In this document: in pieces, positions 12,386 through 21,607 of the stretch
How the letters are laid out: every line of letters starts with the position of its first letter
Numbering within the stretch: the first letter of the stretch is position 1
From: Thermomicrobiales bacterium
GTDB lineage: Bacteria; Chloroflexota; Chloroflexia; Thermomicrobiales; UBA6265
Length of the DNA stretch: 64,000 nucleotides
Assembly: GCA_965218235.1 (NCBI GenBank)
Contig: OZ244595.1
Location: forward strand, 1,062,561 to 1,126,560
Direction: 5' to 3'
Made by a program: the position numbers and the translations under genes
Notes under the pieces: model-generated
The model's input: the letters and a program-made list of their open reading frames with translations, nothing else
What the model was told of the DNA's origin: nothing
The model's database searches: none

Positions 12386-13072
12386 ATGCGTGAAATGACC
12401 AATGTTGAAGATTACCTCCGACTTCAATACGCATCTGGGGTTTCGGAATACACGTGGGGGGACCGTGCGAAGAATATTGCGACCTTACTGCTCCGTCCCG
12501 TCGAGCGAAGAAAGGCGGCTCGGTTGGTGGCGAAGGGTGACCGACCTTTACGGCTTCATCTCGGCTGCGGCAATACATACAAGGCCGGTTGGCTGAATAT
12601 CGATCTCGCACGTCCAGGGCGCACGCTAGACCTGAAGTGGGATTTACGCGCTGGATTGCCTTTTTCAAACCAAAGCGTTGAGTCGATTTTCTCAGAACAC
12701 TTATTTGAGCATATTCCCCTTCCCAGTGTCATGATCTTGTTGAAGGAGTGTCGTCGCGTTCTTGCGCCTGACGGTGTAATCCGGATCGGCGTCCCGGATC
12801 TCGAACGCTATGTTCGAGCCTATCTCGGCAATGATCCCATCATCGACGAAGTCAGGCCGGGACGGCCTACGAGAGCCATCGCGATAAGCGAGATCTTCTA
12901 CTTTCACAATCATCGCGCAGCGTACGACGCAGAGACCTTGTGCTTATTGTTAACCGAGTCGGGTTTCAGTAGCGCTGGTCAAGCAAGCTTTGGCCGGAGC
13001 TCAATCAGTCCAGCTCCAGACTCGCCCAACAGGCAACGGGAAACGTTGTACGTGGAGGCGATCGCGTCATGA
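12386..13072 (+). CDS. Class I SAM-dependent methyltransferase (Methyltransf_11/23-like)
   Basis: LRLHLGCGNTYKAGWLNID, SVESIFSEHLFEHI and ECRRVLAPDGVIRIGVPD. An alternative in-frame ATG at 12395 sits behind GGGAGA. Confidence 0.75.
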   Translation: MREMTNVEDYLRLQYASGVSEYTWGDRAKNIATLLLRPVERRKAARLVAKGDRPLRLHLGCGNTYKAGWLNIDLARPGRTLDLKWDLRAGLPFSNQSVESIFSEHLFEHIPLPSVMILLKECRRVLAPDGVIRIGVPDLERYVRAYLGNDPIIDEVRPGRPTRAIAISEIFYFHNHRAAYDAETLCLLLTESGFSSAGQASFGRSSISPAPDSPNRQRETLYVEAIAS

Positions 13073-13109
13073 TTCTTCTTAGTGTGAACAAATCGTCGGA
13101 TCCGATAAC

Positions 13110-15902
13110 GTGAGAGTGAATCACAACCTCCGACCTATCGGGTCATGGCGCGATCAAATTCTTCGAGCGATGCCAATCGCTCGGACGATGCTTGGCTCGC
13201 TCGCCGCCGCGTTTATAGCGCAGGGAGCGTTACTCGTCAGTGGCATCCTCGCGGCGCGACTTCTCGGTCCAGAGAACCGGGGGCATCTCGCACTGCTCAC
13301 GTTGATCCCGGTCGTTATCTGTCAATTGGGAATGCTGGGGGTTGAAAAGGCAGTTTCATATCATATAGCCCGTAATGAGAAAGCCATCGCATCGATTGTC
13401 GCAACCGCAAGACAATTGGGAGTTATCCAGTCAATACTTTGCAGTGTTATCAACGGTGTCGTTTTATGGTCGCTGATGGGCGGCGATGCGAATGAGGTGC
13501 GGTGGAGCGCCGCGATAACGATGATGGTGCCTGTTACCATCTTCATTCGAAACTACGTTTTAGCCATCCTGCAGGGAATGCGTCTCTTCCGCGCCTACAA
13601 CTTTCAGCGAAACGTTCAACCGTTTCTGTACGCTGCGGGGTTGCTGCTCCTTTGGTCGCTCCATGAACCGTCCCTTCTGGTCGCCACTGGCATATGGACC
13701 CTAACGAGTATCGTGTCAGCGACGATTGGTATCATCTCGGTAGCCAGAGCCCTACCTCGTGATGCTAGGAGCGAAGTGCCTACACCGTCGGCCGGTGAAC
13801 TTATGCGGTTTGGTGCCAAAGGGTTCCTGGGTTCTGCCTCTCCGCTTGAGACTTTTCGCCTCGACCAAGCCGCTGTCGGACTTTTTCTCTCTCCAGCCAT
13901 GCTGGGAATTTATGTTGCGTCGCTTGCGTTCACGAACTTGCCTCGGTTCGTGTCACAAAGTGTTGGAATGATCGCATTTCCACATATCGCTGGACAGCCC
14001 AACGACAAGTTGGCGGCTCGCTCGATGTGGCGGTTCTTCTGGCTATCATTGGCTATGTCCATCATGATCGCAACTCCCCTAATAGTAGCAGCGCCAGTTT
14101 TAGTGCCATTGGCATTCGGCGAGGACTTCCGTGATGCCATTGCGCCGATGCAGATTCTCCTTATTGGCTCGGTTATCTTCGGAGCCAGGCGGACGCTTGG
14201 AGACGGAATGCGAGGCCGGGGCATGCCTCTCGCTACTACATGGGCGGAAATTGCCTCCTGGGTTTGCCTTGTACCGGCACTAGTCATTTTTGTTCAGTGG
14301 AGCGAACTCAAGGGCATCGCAGTCGCCATTGGTGCGTCAGGGGCGGTGGGACTGGCGGCCCTTGTCTTCTTGCAGCGGGCCAAAGAACTGAAGCCAACAG
14401 GAGTACCGCTGGAGAAGGAGTCATTATCGTCCCGGTTGACCGACGTACGATTCGTGCGTGCTCTGTTTAGCGTACATCGGAAGGCGCGACCGGAAATACA
14501 ACCATCTCGTAGGAACTCCTTTGGACTATCCATCAAGGTCGTGCGCATTGCGACCGTCTTGCTGCTCTTCCTTATTACTGTGCTTACGGTGGGAGCGGCA
14601 ATACCGTTACTTGGAACTGGACTCGCTATTCTTCTCGTCGTCGCGGTGATTGGCGCAGCAGCAACAGGCATTGTATGCGTTCGACTCGGCTATCCTGGTC
14701 TCATTATGATGTTATTCGCAGCGTCATTTGTTCTATTGGCGATGAATGGAGTCCGGGTCAACTCCAGTATCGCGATGAGCGATGTGCCGCTTTTGCTTGC
14801 TGTGCTTCTATCACTGCCCCTCCTAATGCAAAGTCGTCGGCAAGCAGTGCCGCGAGAACTCAAACGATTCATGATCGGTGTAACGTTACTTATTATTGGG
14901 AGTTTTATCGCCACAGCATTCTCTTCTGCAGTTACCGAAAGCTTAGTGCGGCTGATTAAGATGTCGACTTCGGTAGCAGTCGTTCCCCTCGCCATTGTGC
15001 TGCTTGCTCCTTCGACACGCTTTCTACGTCTCTTAAGTCTTCTATGGATAGCATCCGTGTCCCTGAGCGTCTTCATCGGCGTCGTTCAAGGGCCACCTCA
15101 TAACAGCAGTCGTATTATCGGCCTTGCGACGCATCAAAACGTTCTAGCATTTACTTGTATTTTGGCACTTGGACCCGCTCTAGCGTTCATGGTGGCCGGT
15201 AATCGTATCGAACGATTCATTGCCTTGGGTGGTACTGTTAGCGTCCTTATGGGCGTCTACTTTAGCGGGTCTCGGGCGGGACTGGTCGGCACGTTGGTGG
15301 TGGTTCTCATTTTCGCTATCATCACTCGCAACCGTGTACTGACGCTATTTCTCACTACAGCAACTCTACTCGGTGTGGCCGTCGGAGTGTTTGGCGTTCA
15401 AGTTCCATTCGAGCAAGGCACTTCGATCGAGAGACTGCTGCATTCAAGGAGTTCGGATGTGACGGTAGCGGCTAGTGACGAGGGACGCCAGGAGCGATTT
15501 GCGCAAGGGATTGCCAGTATTGAACAGCGACCCTTCGTCGGTATAGGTCTACAAGAAGCACGTGCCGCGCATAACGTCTACCTTCAAGTGCTATCGGCGT
15601 CGGGAGTAATTGGTTTCGTCGGATTCATTGTCGCCATCTGGGCGGCTCTTGCTCCGCTTAGGGATCGAACATTGAGGGCAAGAGCAAGAGTGGGCGAAAA
15701 GGCGCCGTTAATCATAGTCGGCTTTGGTGCTGGATACGCAGGTTTTCTGGTAGGAGAAGTGTTCAACAACAGCCTGTGGGAGCGGTTCATGTGGGCGTAT
15801 CCAATCGTTGGGCTGCTGCTCTATCTACGTTACAAGGAGGGTTCGTCCGAGATCAGCACGCTAGGCCTGGCTGACGCCAAGATTGAATGGAGAAGCCGAT
15901 GA
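13110..15902 (+). CDS. Fused Wzx-like flippase (N-terminal ~440 aa) and Wzy/O-antigen-ligase-family polymerase (C-terminal ~450 aa)
   Basis: Single 930-aa polytopic ORF. The N-terminal half looks like an oligosaccharide flippase of the MOP superfamily. The C-terminal half carries the Wzy_C-type loop YFSGSRAGLVG ... RPFVGIGLQEARAAHNVYLQVLSASGVIG. GTG start. Confidence 0.7.
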   Translation: MRVNHNLRPIGSWRDQILRAMPIARTMLGSLAAAFIAQGALLVSGILAARLLGPENRGHLALLTLIPVVICQLGMLGVEKAVSYHIARNEKAIASIVATARQLGVIQSILCSVINGVVLWSLMGGDANEVRWSAAITMMVPVTIFIRNYVLAILQGMRLFRAYNFQRNVQPFLYAAGLLLLWSLHEPSLLVATGIWTLTSIVSATIGIISVARALPRDARSEVPTPSAGELMRFGAKGFLGSASPLETFRLDQAAVGLFLSPAMLGIYVASLAFTNLPRFVSQSVGMIAFPHIAGQPNDKLAARSMWRFFWLSLAMSIMIATPLIVAAPVLVPLAFGEDFRDAIAPMQILLIGSVIFGARRTLGDGMRGRGMPLATTWAEIASWVCLVPALVIFVQWSELKGIAVAIGASGAVGLAALVFLQRAKELKPTGVPLEKESLSSRLTDVRFVRALFSVHRKARPEIQPSRRNSFGLSIKVVRIATVLLLFLITVLTVGAAIPLLGTGLAILLVVAVIGAAATGIVCVRLGYPGLIMMLFAASFVLLAMNGVRVNSSIAMSDVPLLLAVLLSLPLLMQSRRQAVPRELKRFMIGVTLLIIGSFIATAFSSAVTESLVRLIKMSTSVAVVPLAIVLLAPSTRFLRLLSLLWIASVSLSVFIGVVQGPPHNSSRIIGLATHQNVLAFTCILALGPALAFMVAGNRIERFIALGGTVSVLMGVYFSGSRAGLVGTLVVVLIFAIITRNRVLTLFLTTATLLGVAVGVFGVQVPFEQGTSIERLLHSRSSDVTVAASDEGRQERFAQGIASIEQRPFVGIGLQEARAAHNVYLQVLSASGVIGFVGFIVAIWAALAPLRDRTLRARARVGEKAPLIIVGFGAGYAGFLVGEVFNNSLWERFMWAYPIVGLLLYLRYKEGSSEISTLGLADAKIEWRSR

Positions 15903-17113
15903 AGCCACTACCGCGTGTTGTCTACTGGAACAATATCCCTAGTCCGTATGTGGTCGGGAGATTCAATGCCGTGGCGCGGCGTGGGAACATTGACCTCCAA
16001 GCGTGGTTCAACTCGCGTACGAATCCTGATCGAAGTTGGGATGTAATTGAAAGCCACTGGGAGTTTCCCGCGCGATACATTCCGTCCGTCCAGATCGCTG
16101 GGCAGTCGCTGCACTTGCCCTTCGCCGAGCTGCGTCAGTCGCAACCAGATCTGGTAATCTGCCTGTATAACCCGGTGTCGTTTGCGCTAGGAAGCGTCGG
16201 AATGGCCGCAAGCGGAGTTCGCTTCGCCTATCGTGTGCTCCCTACATACGGCAGCTGGGTGCGTCGCTCGACCGCCAAGGAGCTTTCGAAGAAGTTGCTT
16301 TTCCGCTTGGCCGATGCAGCGAAAGTACCTGGCCCGGAGGGCGCTGCTGTTGCTCTGCGTTACGGAGTTCCCGAAGAGCGGATTTTTGCCGTTCGCCAGT
16401 CCGTCGACGTGGATCACTTTGCGACGGCATCTGACGTGCCGGTCGTCGTACGTCGTAAAGAACGAGATCGCAGAGCCCTTCATGGATGCGTCTTCATCTA
16501 TGTTGGAAGACTCTGGCGGGGTAAAGGCCTCGATTACCTGTTTGACGCATTTGACCAAGTCCGCCAACACAATCCGGAAACTTCGCTGCTGATTGTAGGA
16601 GACGGCATTGACGAGGGACGCTATCGGACGCAGGCGAGGCAAAATCCGAATATCCACTTCGAGGGATTTGTGCAGCCAGCAGATATGCCGTCGATGTACG
16701 CGCTTGCGGATGTCTGTGTGTTCCCTACGCTTGGAGATCCTCACGGATTAGTGACGGAAGAGGCAATGGCTGCTGGGCTTCCTGTGATCGTTACGGAAGC
16801 GGCGGGTGACATTGATCGACGGTTACCGGACGGTGAGGCAGGTTTCATCGTTCCGCCGAGGTCAGCAGACGCCCTCGCTGCCCGAATGCTGGATCTCGCG
16901 AATGACGCTTCTATACGCCACCGATTTGCCCGATGCGGTCAAACACTGGTCTCATCACGTACACATGATGAATATGCGCTTGATCTTGAGGTTATGGTTG
17001 ATCGCGTTTTGTCTCTCCCCCGACGACGGCAACCCAGTCCAATAAACTCCCTGGCCTTCCGCTCCTTGCATACAGGCTTACGGCGGGATCCGGCACCTAT
17101 GGTGAGTCGATGA
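15887..17113 (+). CDS. GT4-family glycosyltransferase
   Basis: C-terminal GT-B motif FPTLGDPHGLVTEEAMAAGLPVIVTEAAG. An alternative start at 15899 gives an ATGA overlap with the upstream stop. Confidence 0.8.
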   Translation: MEKPMKPLPRVVYWNNIPSPYVVGRFNAVARRGNIDLQAWFNSRTNPDRSWDVIESHWEFPARYIPSVQIAGQSLHLPFAELRQSQPDLVICLYNPVSFALGSVGMAASGVRFAYRVLPTYGSWVRRSTAKELSKKLLFRLADAAKVPGPEGAAVALRYGVPEERIFAVRQSVDVDHFATASDVPVVVRRKERDRRALHGCVFIYVGRLWRGKGLDYLFDAFDQVRQHNPETSLLIVGDGIDEGRYRTQARQNPNIHFEGFVQPADMPSMYALADVCVFPTLGDPHGLVTEEAMAAGLPVIVTEAAGDIDRRLPDGEAGFIVPPRSADALAARMLDLANDASIRHRFARCGQTLVSSRTHDEYALDLEVMVDRVLSLPRRRQPSPINSLAFRSLHTGLRRDPAPMVSR

Positions 17114-18378
17114 GCGCGAAGGTGTTTTCGTCTGCGGGTCGCGATCAACCACCCGAGGTGAGGATGTCGTGGAAGCACGAATCGGAACAAGCAGGGTTGC
17201 GCGTACTGCAAGTGGTGCCTTCAGTTGGGATAAGCGAGGGAGGACTCGCTGTAGTCGTCGTTGAGCTTAGTGACGCCCTCCAACGCGCCGGAATGGCGGT
17301 GCAGATAGTTACGACGAACTCCGCCATACCCGGGCGTTCGGGGCAACCCCGCCGAAGCGTTGCAGAAACGGACTTGCCTTATGGCGCCGAAAACCTTGAC
17401 ATCCGTTACTTCCGAGTGCGGAGACCCTATCGCTTTCTGTTCGCCCCCGATATGGCGCGCGCGCTGAACACTTCGATCAGTTCCTTCGATCTTGTGCACA
17501 TCCATGGAATATGGAGCTTCTGCGCGCGTGCAAGTTGGAGAGCAGCCAGGCGCGCCGGCGTACCGATCGTCGTCTCTACACATGGGATGCTCGATCCATT
17601 CTTACTTGGCCGAGGAAGGGCGCAGAAGTTCATTGCACTAAACGAGTGGGTTCGACCGATGTTGCAAGGCGCCGCAGCCATTCATTGTACTTCGGAGCTC
17701 GAACACGACCAGATCTCCTCGTTTGCTCCTAACACCCAGCGCGCCGTGATTCCGAATGGTTTTCATCTCGACAGACTTGCCGTAGCGGCCGACTACGGCT
17801 CGTTTCGGCGCGAAATGGGAATCGGGGAGTCCTCGGCCATAGTGCTCAATCACGGTCGGCTCTCATATAAAAAGGGTTTGGACGTTCTTTTACGCGCATT
17901 CGCGAGGGTTTGTGACCAAGTCCAAGATTGTCGCTTGGTTCTTGTAGGTCCAGATGATGAGGGGATTCGAGCCGAACTTGAGGCACTGGCGAGCGATTTA
18001 GGGATCGGAAATGACGTTATATTCACGGGCGAGCTTTCCGGCGCAAAGCTGGCTAACGCGATTGCCGCTGCGGACGTGTGGGTACTCACTTCACACGCGG
18101 AAAACTTCGGAATGGCGGTCGTCGAGGCGATGTCCGCCGGTAAACCAACGGTGATTTCGAGTGCCGTCAATATAGCTCAGGATGCTGAGCAAGCGGGCGC
18201 TACTCTGAAAGTTGATGTCGATGCGAATGCTGCAGCATCGGCCATCGTCGAGTTGCTCAACGATCAAGAATTGAGCCGTGCCATTGGCCGCAGAGCGCGC
18301 CGGTTCGTCGAGCGATTCGATTGGGGAAAGGTTTCTGATCAATACATCTCGCTTTATCGGGAAGTAAGTGCCCGATGA
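17110..18378 (+). CDS. GT4-family glycosyltransferase
   Basis: LRVLQVVPSVGISEGG N-terminus. SHAENFGMAVVEAMSAGKPTVISS. An alternative start at 17164 (MSWKH) sits behind GAGGTGAGG. Confidence 0.8.
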   Translation: MSAKVFSSAGRDQPPEVRMSWKHESEQAGLRVLQVVPSVGISEGGLAVVVVELSDALQRAGMAVQIVTTNSAIPGRSGQPRRSVAETDLPYGAENLDIRYFRVRRPYRFLFAPDMARALNTSISSFDLVHIHGIWSFCARASWRAARRAGVPIVVSTHGMLDPFLLGRGRAQKFIALNEWVRPMLQGAAAIHCTSELEHDQISSFAPNTQRAVIPNGFHLDRLAVAADYGSFRREMGIGESSAIVLNHGRLSYKKGLDVLLRAFARVCDQVQDCRLVLVGPDDEGIRAELEALASDLGIGNDVIFTGELSGAKLANAIAAADVWVLTSHAENFGMAVVEAMSAGKPTVISSAVNIAQDAEQAGATLKVDVDANAAASAIVELLNDQELSRAIGRRARRFVERFDWGKVSDQYISLYREVSAR

Positions 18379-18406
18379 TGTCCGGCGCCGATAGTGCGCC
18401 GGACAT
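18378..18406. terminator. Perfect 11-bp stem hairpin right after the GT4 stop (possible terminator or attenuator, no U-tract)
   Basis: ATGTCCGGCGC-cgatagt-GCGCCGGACAT. Confidence 0.35.
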
Positions 18407-18532
18407 AGCAACCGAAGGAGTAGAAGGGTGTAGCCGAGAAGAATCCCATTTCATACTCGTGGCTCAACTGGCATTCAGAAACGGCTACTCCTAGCTCACC
18501 CGATTCGTAAGTACCCCAAGGAGACCTACAAC

Positions 18533-19642
18533 ATGGACCTTAACGGAAAGAACGTTGTTCTTGTATCAAGCTGGTCACAAAACATCGGCAACGCTTTCTT
18601 CAGTGTGTCGGGACGATGGATCATGGAACAGGCGGCCCCTGGCGCACGTGTCACATGGTTTCAAGACCAGCCCGGATATCGCACGTTTCATAACCAAACT
18701 AGGGGAAATCCTCAAAACCATGCGAGTCTGATCGCATCCCTCGATGTTGATTACCTCGTACTTCAGGGCCCGATGCTGACCTCCACCTTCCGCGCTATTT
18801 GGGAACCTTCGTTCCGTGCGCTGCGGGAGCGCGGCACCAAGATCGTGCTCCTTAGTGCCGGACTTTTCCGATACACCTCTGAGGAGATCGCTTCCGTGCG
18901 CGAATTCTTGTCCGAGTATCCGCCGGCCATCTTGGCGACTCGCGACTCAGTGACCTATTCTCACTTCCACGACCTGTGCGAAATATCCTACGACGGTATT
19001 GAGAGCGCGTTCTGCATTCCAGATGCTTATCAACCGCCCAAGATTGACTATCCTTCGTTTGCGGCGGTTTGCTTTGACCGCTATCCGGAGCCAGAGATTG
19101 TTATCGGCGGTCAGCCCTCACCATCCGCGCCAAATGGACGTAGCGGCAGCTTCGAATTCGAGGACGCGACCTGGAACTGGACGTTTCCACGGATCCCGTA
19201 CTTGCTCGCGAAGAAGGGACAAGGCGTTGCCTATCTCGGGGCTATGGCAGACCGAAGAAAGTCAATGCCTAACGCGTTGAATGGATTGGCAATCTTGCGA
19301 CCCGAGCACCGCACGAACCCTTTCATTGGTTGGAAAGTGTATCGCCGTCCCGGCGCAGTGGCCACGGATGAGCCGTATACCTATCTAGCCACGTACGCCA
19401 ATGCGGAGTTGACTCTAACTGATCGCGTCCACTCGGGCGTAGTTGCATTGGCGTACGGAACGCCGGCGATGCTCTTTGGAGCGACCCCGCGGGATGCACT
19501 CTTCGAGCGCATGGGAATCGCTGACATTCGGCGTCACCCGGTTACGCTTCCTGAAGAGCAGCGTGTGGCTGAGCGAGAAAAGCTGGTCGATTTCCTTCGA
19601 AGCGGACTTGAACGGCTCGAATCCCGGGGCCAAAGAAGCTAA
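18533..19642 (+). CDS. Polysaccharide pyruvyl transferase family protein (tentative)
   Basis: N-terminal NIGNAFF, mid RDSVTY and C-terminal LTDRVHSGVVALAYGTPAMLF resemble the PS_pyruv_trans pattern. RBS AAGGAGA lies upstream. Confidence 0.55.
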   Translation: MDLNGKNVVLVSSWSQNIGNAFFSVSGRWIMEQAAPGARVTWFQDQPGYRTFHNQTRGNPQNHASLIASLDVDYLVLQGPMLTSTFRAIWEPSFRALRERGTKIVLLSAGLFRYTSEEIASVREFLSEYPPAILATRDSVTYSHFHDLCEISYDGIESAFCIPDAYQPPKIDYPSFAAVCFDRYPEPEIVIGGQPSPSAPNGRSGSFEFEDATWNWTFPRIPYLLAKKGQGVAYLGAMADRRKSMPNALNGLAILRPEHRTNPFIGWKVYRRPGAVATDEPYTYLATYANAELTLTDRVHSGVVALAYGTPAMLFGATPRDALFERMGIADIRRHPVTLPEEQRVAEREKLVDFLRSGLERLESRGQRS

Positions 19643-19723
19643 GCCCGCCGTTCGACGCTGCGTTCAGGGTGCCGCTCGACAGCCAGTCCATTGGCATCCT
19701 AAAGTAGGGAAAGAGGTGCACTG

Positions 19724-20323
19724 TTGGGTCGTATCCAATTATCGCTGACATCCCAGCGCGGTTACCAGGCAGGGCGGCCGTTCTGGTTCCGAAGCCTCTG
19801 GCTCGTGGTCGAGGCGGTCACCCTCCTCAACCCTGTTTTCGTCCCGTACGGGCTCAAGGCCCGCATCCTCCGCCGGTTCGGCGCGACCATCGGGCGGAAC
19901 GTCATCATCAAACCGTCGATCCATATCAAGTACCCGTGGCACCTCGCGGTCGGCGACGATGTCTGGCTCGGCGAGCGGATCTGGATCGACAACTTCGTCC
20001 CGGTCACCATCGGCGACGATGCCTGCATCTCCCAGGGTGCGTACCTCTGCACGGGCAACCACGACTGGGCCGACCCTGGGATGGGTCTGGTCGTCCGACC
20101 AATCGCGGTCGAGCGGGGAGCCTGGGTCGGCGCGTTCGCCCGCGTCGGACCGGGCGTGACGGTTGGCGAGGAGGCGATCGTCACCCTGGGGTCGGTCCTG
20201 CTCAGGGATGCCGCGCCGCGTGGCGTCTACCGCGGCAATCCGGCCGAGTGGGTCCGGGAGCGTACGATCCGGGACCGGCCCGGGCCCGGCGGCGGTGGCG
20301 ACGCTGGACCGGCGCCGGAATGA
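19724..20323 (+). CDS. WcaF-like hexapeptide acetyltransferase
   Basis: RFGATIGRNVIIKPSIHIKYPWHLAVGDDVWLGERIWIDNFVPVTIGDDACISQGAYLCTGNHDW. TTG start. GC returns to the high level here. Confidence 0.8.
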   Translation: MGRIQLSLTSQRGYQAGRPFWFRSLWLVVEAVTLLNPVFVPYGLKARILRRFGATIGRNVIIKPSIHIKYPWHLAVGDDVWLGERIWIDNFVPVTIGDDACISQGAYLCTGNHDWADPGMGLVVRPIAVERGAWVGAFARVGPGVTVGEEAIVTLGSVLLRDAAPRGVYRGNPAEWVRERTIRDRPGPGGGGDAGPAPE

Positions 20324-20327
20324 TCCG

Positions 20328-20621
20328 GTGAGGTGGTGGCGCATCGGGCTGGGGATCGTCCTCGCCGGCTGGTTCGTCGGCGTCCTGCTCCTCGGGCTGG
20401 TGCTCAACACCTTCCGGATCGACGAGGGGCCGACGGTGATCGTGGTCGACGCCGCGCGGGGCTGGGGGCTCCACCGGATGGACCTCGTCATGATCGCGGC
20501 CGCCGTCCTTCCGGTCCTCGTCACCGCGCTGGTCGCGACCCTGATGCTCCTCGCATCGTCTGGTTCCCCTGCGCCCCGGCCTGACCGACGGCATCGCGCC
20601 GGCAACCGGCGAGGTGGCTGA
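20328..20621 (+). CDS. Small two-TM membrane protein (hypothetical)
   Basis: A GTG lies 5 nt after the WcaF-like stop. Two hydrophobic helices: IGLGIVLAGWFVGVLLLGLVL and LVMIAAAVLPVLVTALVATLMLL. This is a trimmed version of track ORF 20163..20621. Confidence 0.35.
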   Translation: MRWWRIGLGIVLAGWFVGVLLLGLVLNTFRIDEGPTVIVVDAARGWGLHRMDLVMIAAAVLPVLVTALVATLMLLASSGSPAPRPDRRHRAGNRRGG

Positions 20622-20884
20622 CCCCGTCCGCCTCGTCGGACCACCGGCTGGCCGGTTGGCACCACGCCAGAACCAAACGACCGCTCCGTCGTTCACCGCC
20701 GCGCGAGGTGATCTAGGCAGGACCAACGGCTGGGTGGTTCCGGACGACACGGCCAGATCGGACCATGGATCTGCGTTCGCGCTACTGATACGGTGAGAGT
20801 GATCGGGGAGCTGTGCGTAGTGTTGCCGCTCGCCGGTGGGCTCCATCCGACCCGAGAACCCCTACCCAGAGAGGGACAACCTTC

Positions 20885-21481
20885 ATGGTCGAACAGTCAG
20901 GACTCCGGTTCCAGACCCGACAGTCGCGCCGCCACGTCCTGGCGACCATGGCGACGGCTGGCTCGGCCGTGATGGCCGTGGGCGCGTTCAGCGGGCCGAC
21001 CGAGAGCCATGCCCAGGTCGCTGGGACACCGGACGCGTCACCGCGGCTGGACGCCACGCCCCAGTCGAACGCCACGCCGGATGCCACGCCTCAGACGGAC
21101 GACGACGCGATCGCGCGCATCGCTCCACCCGACTGGTCGTTCACCGTTTACACCGTCCGGGACCCCTACGAGCTCCCGGAGGCGTCGATGCTGGTCGTTC
21201 CGCCAGGGACGCACTACTTCGCCACCGAGGTCGAGATCAACAACGCCTCGAATCAGCCGCTCTCGTTCGCCGCCAGTCAGATCCGTCTGCGCGCCACCGA
21301 TGGGTTCGAATACACAGCCGGTGGCGCGGCGGGCCCGGAAACGACCCTGAAGGCCCGCGTGCTCCCGCCCGGTGACCTGACGCGTGGCTGGCTCTGGTTC
21401 AACGTCCCAGACGACGCGGAGCTGACCAAGCTGGTGTTCATCGCCCAGAGCCCCGAGTTCTCCCTGTCGCTGACGGATTGA
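20885..21481 (+). CDS. Tat-signal DUF4352-like secreted protein
   Basis: Leader QSRRHVLATMATAGSAVMAVGAF. C-terminal immunoglobulin-like pattern FATEVEINNASNQPLSF...RLRATDGFEYTA...RGWLWFNVPDDA. Confidence 0.7.
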   Translation: MVEQSGLRFQTRQSRRHVLATMATAGSAVMAVGAFSGPTESHAQVAGTPDASPRLDATPQSNATPDATPQTDDDAIARIAPPDWSFTVYTVRDPYELPEASMLVVPPGTHYFATEVEINNASNQPLSFAASQIRLRATDGFEYTAGGAAGPETTLKARVLPPGDLTRGWLWFNVPDDAELTKLVFIAQSPEFSLSLTD

Positions 21482-21607
21482 GGCGGACGCGGACGGTACC
21501 GATTCGACCGGGCGGTCCTGGGACTGGCATTGACGCGACACCTGACCGTCCGTCAAAGCGTCGAACCCGGTGACCGTAGGCGCCGCCATGTCGGCCCCCT
21601 TCCATCC

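Noticed and set aside
20163-20621. Full 152-aa track ORF overlapping the 3' end of the WcaF-like gene.
   Set aside because: The first 55 codons overlap a well-supported gene in another frame. Only the distal two-TM part, from the GTG at 20328, was retained, and at low confidence.
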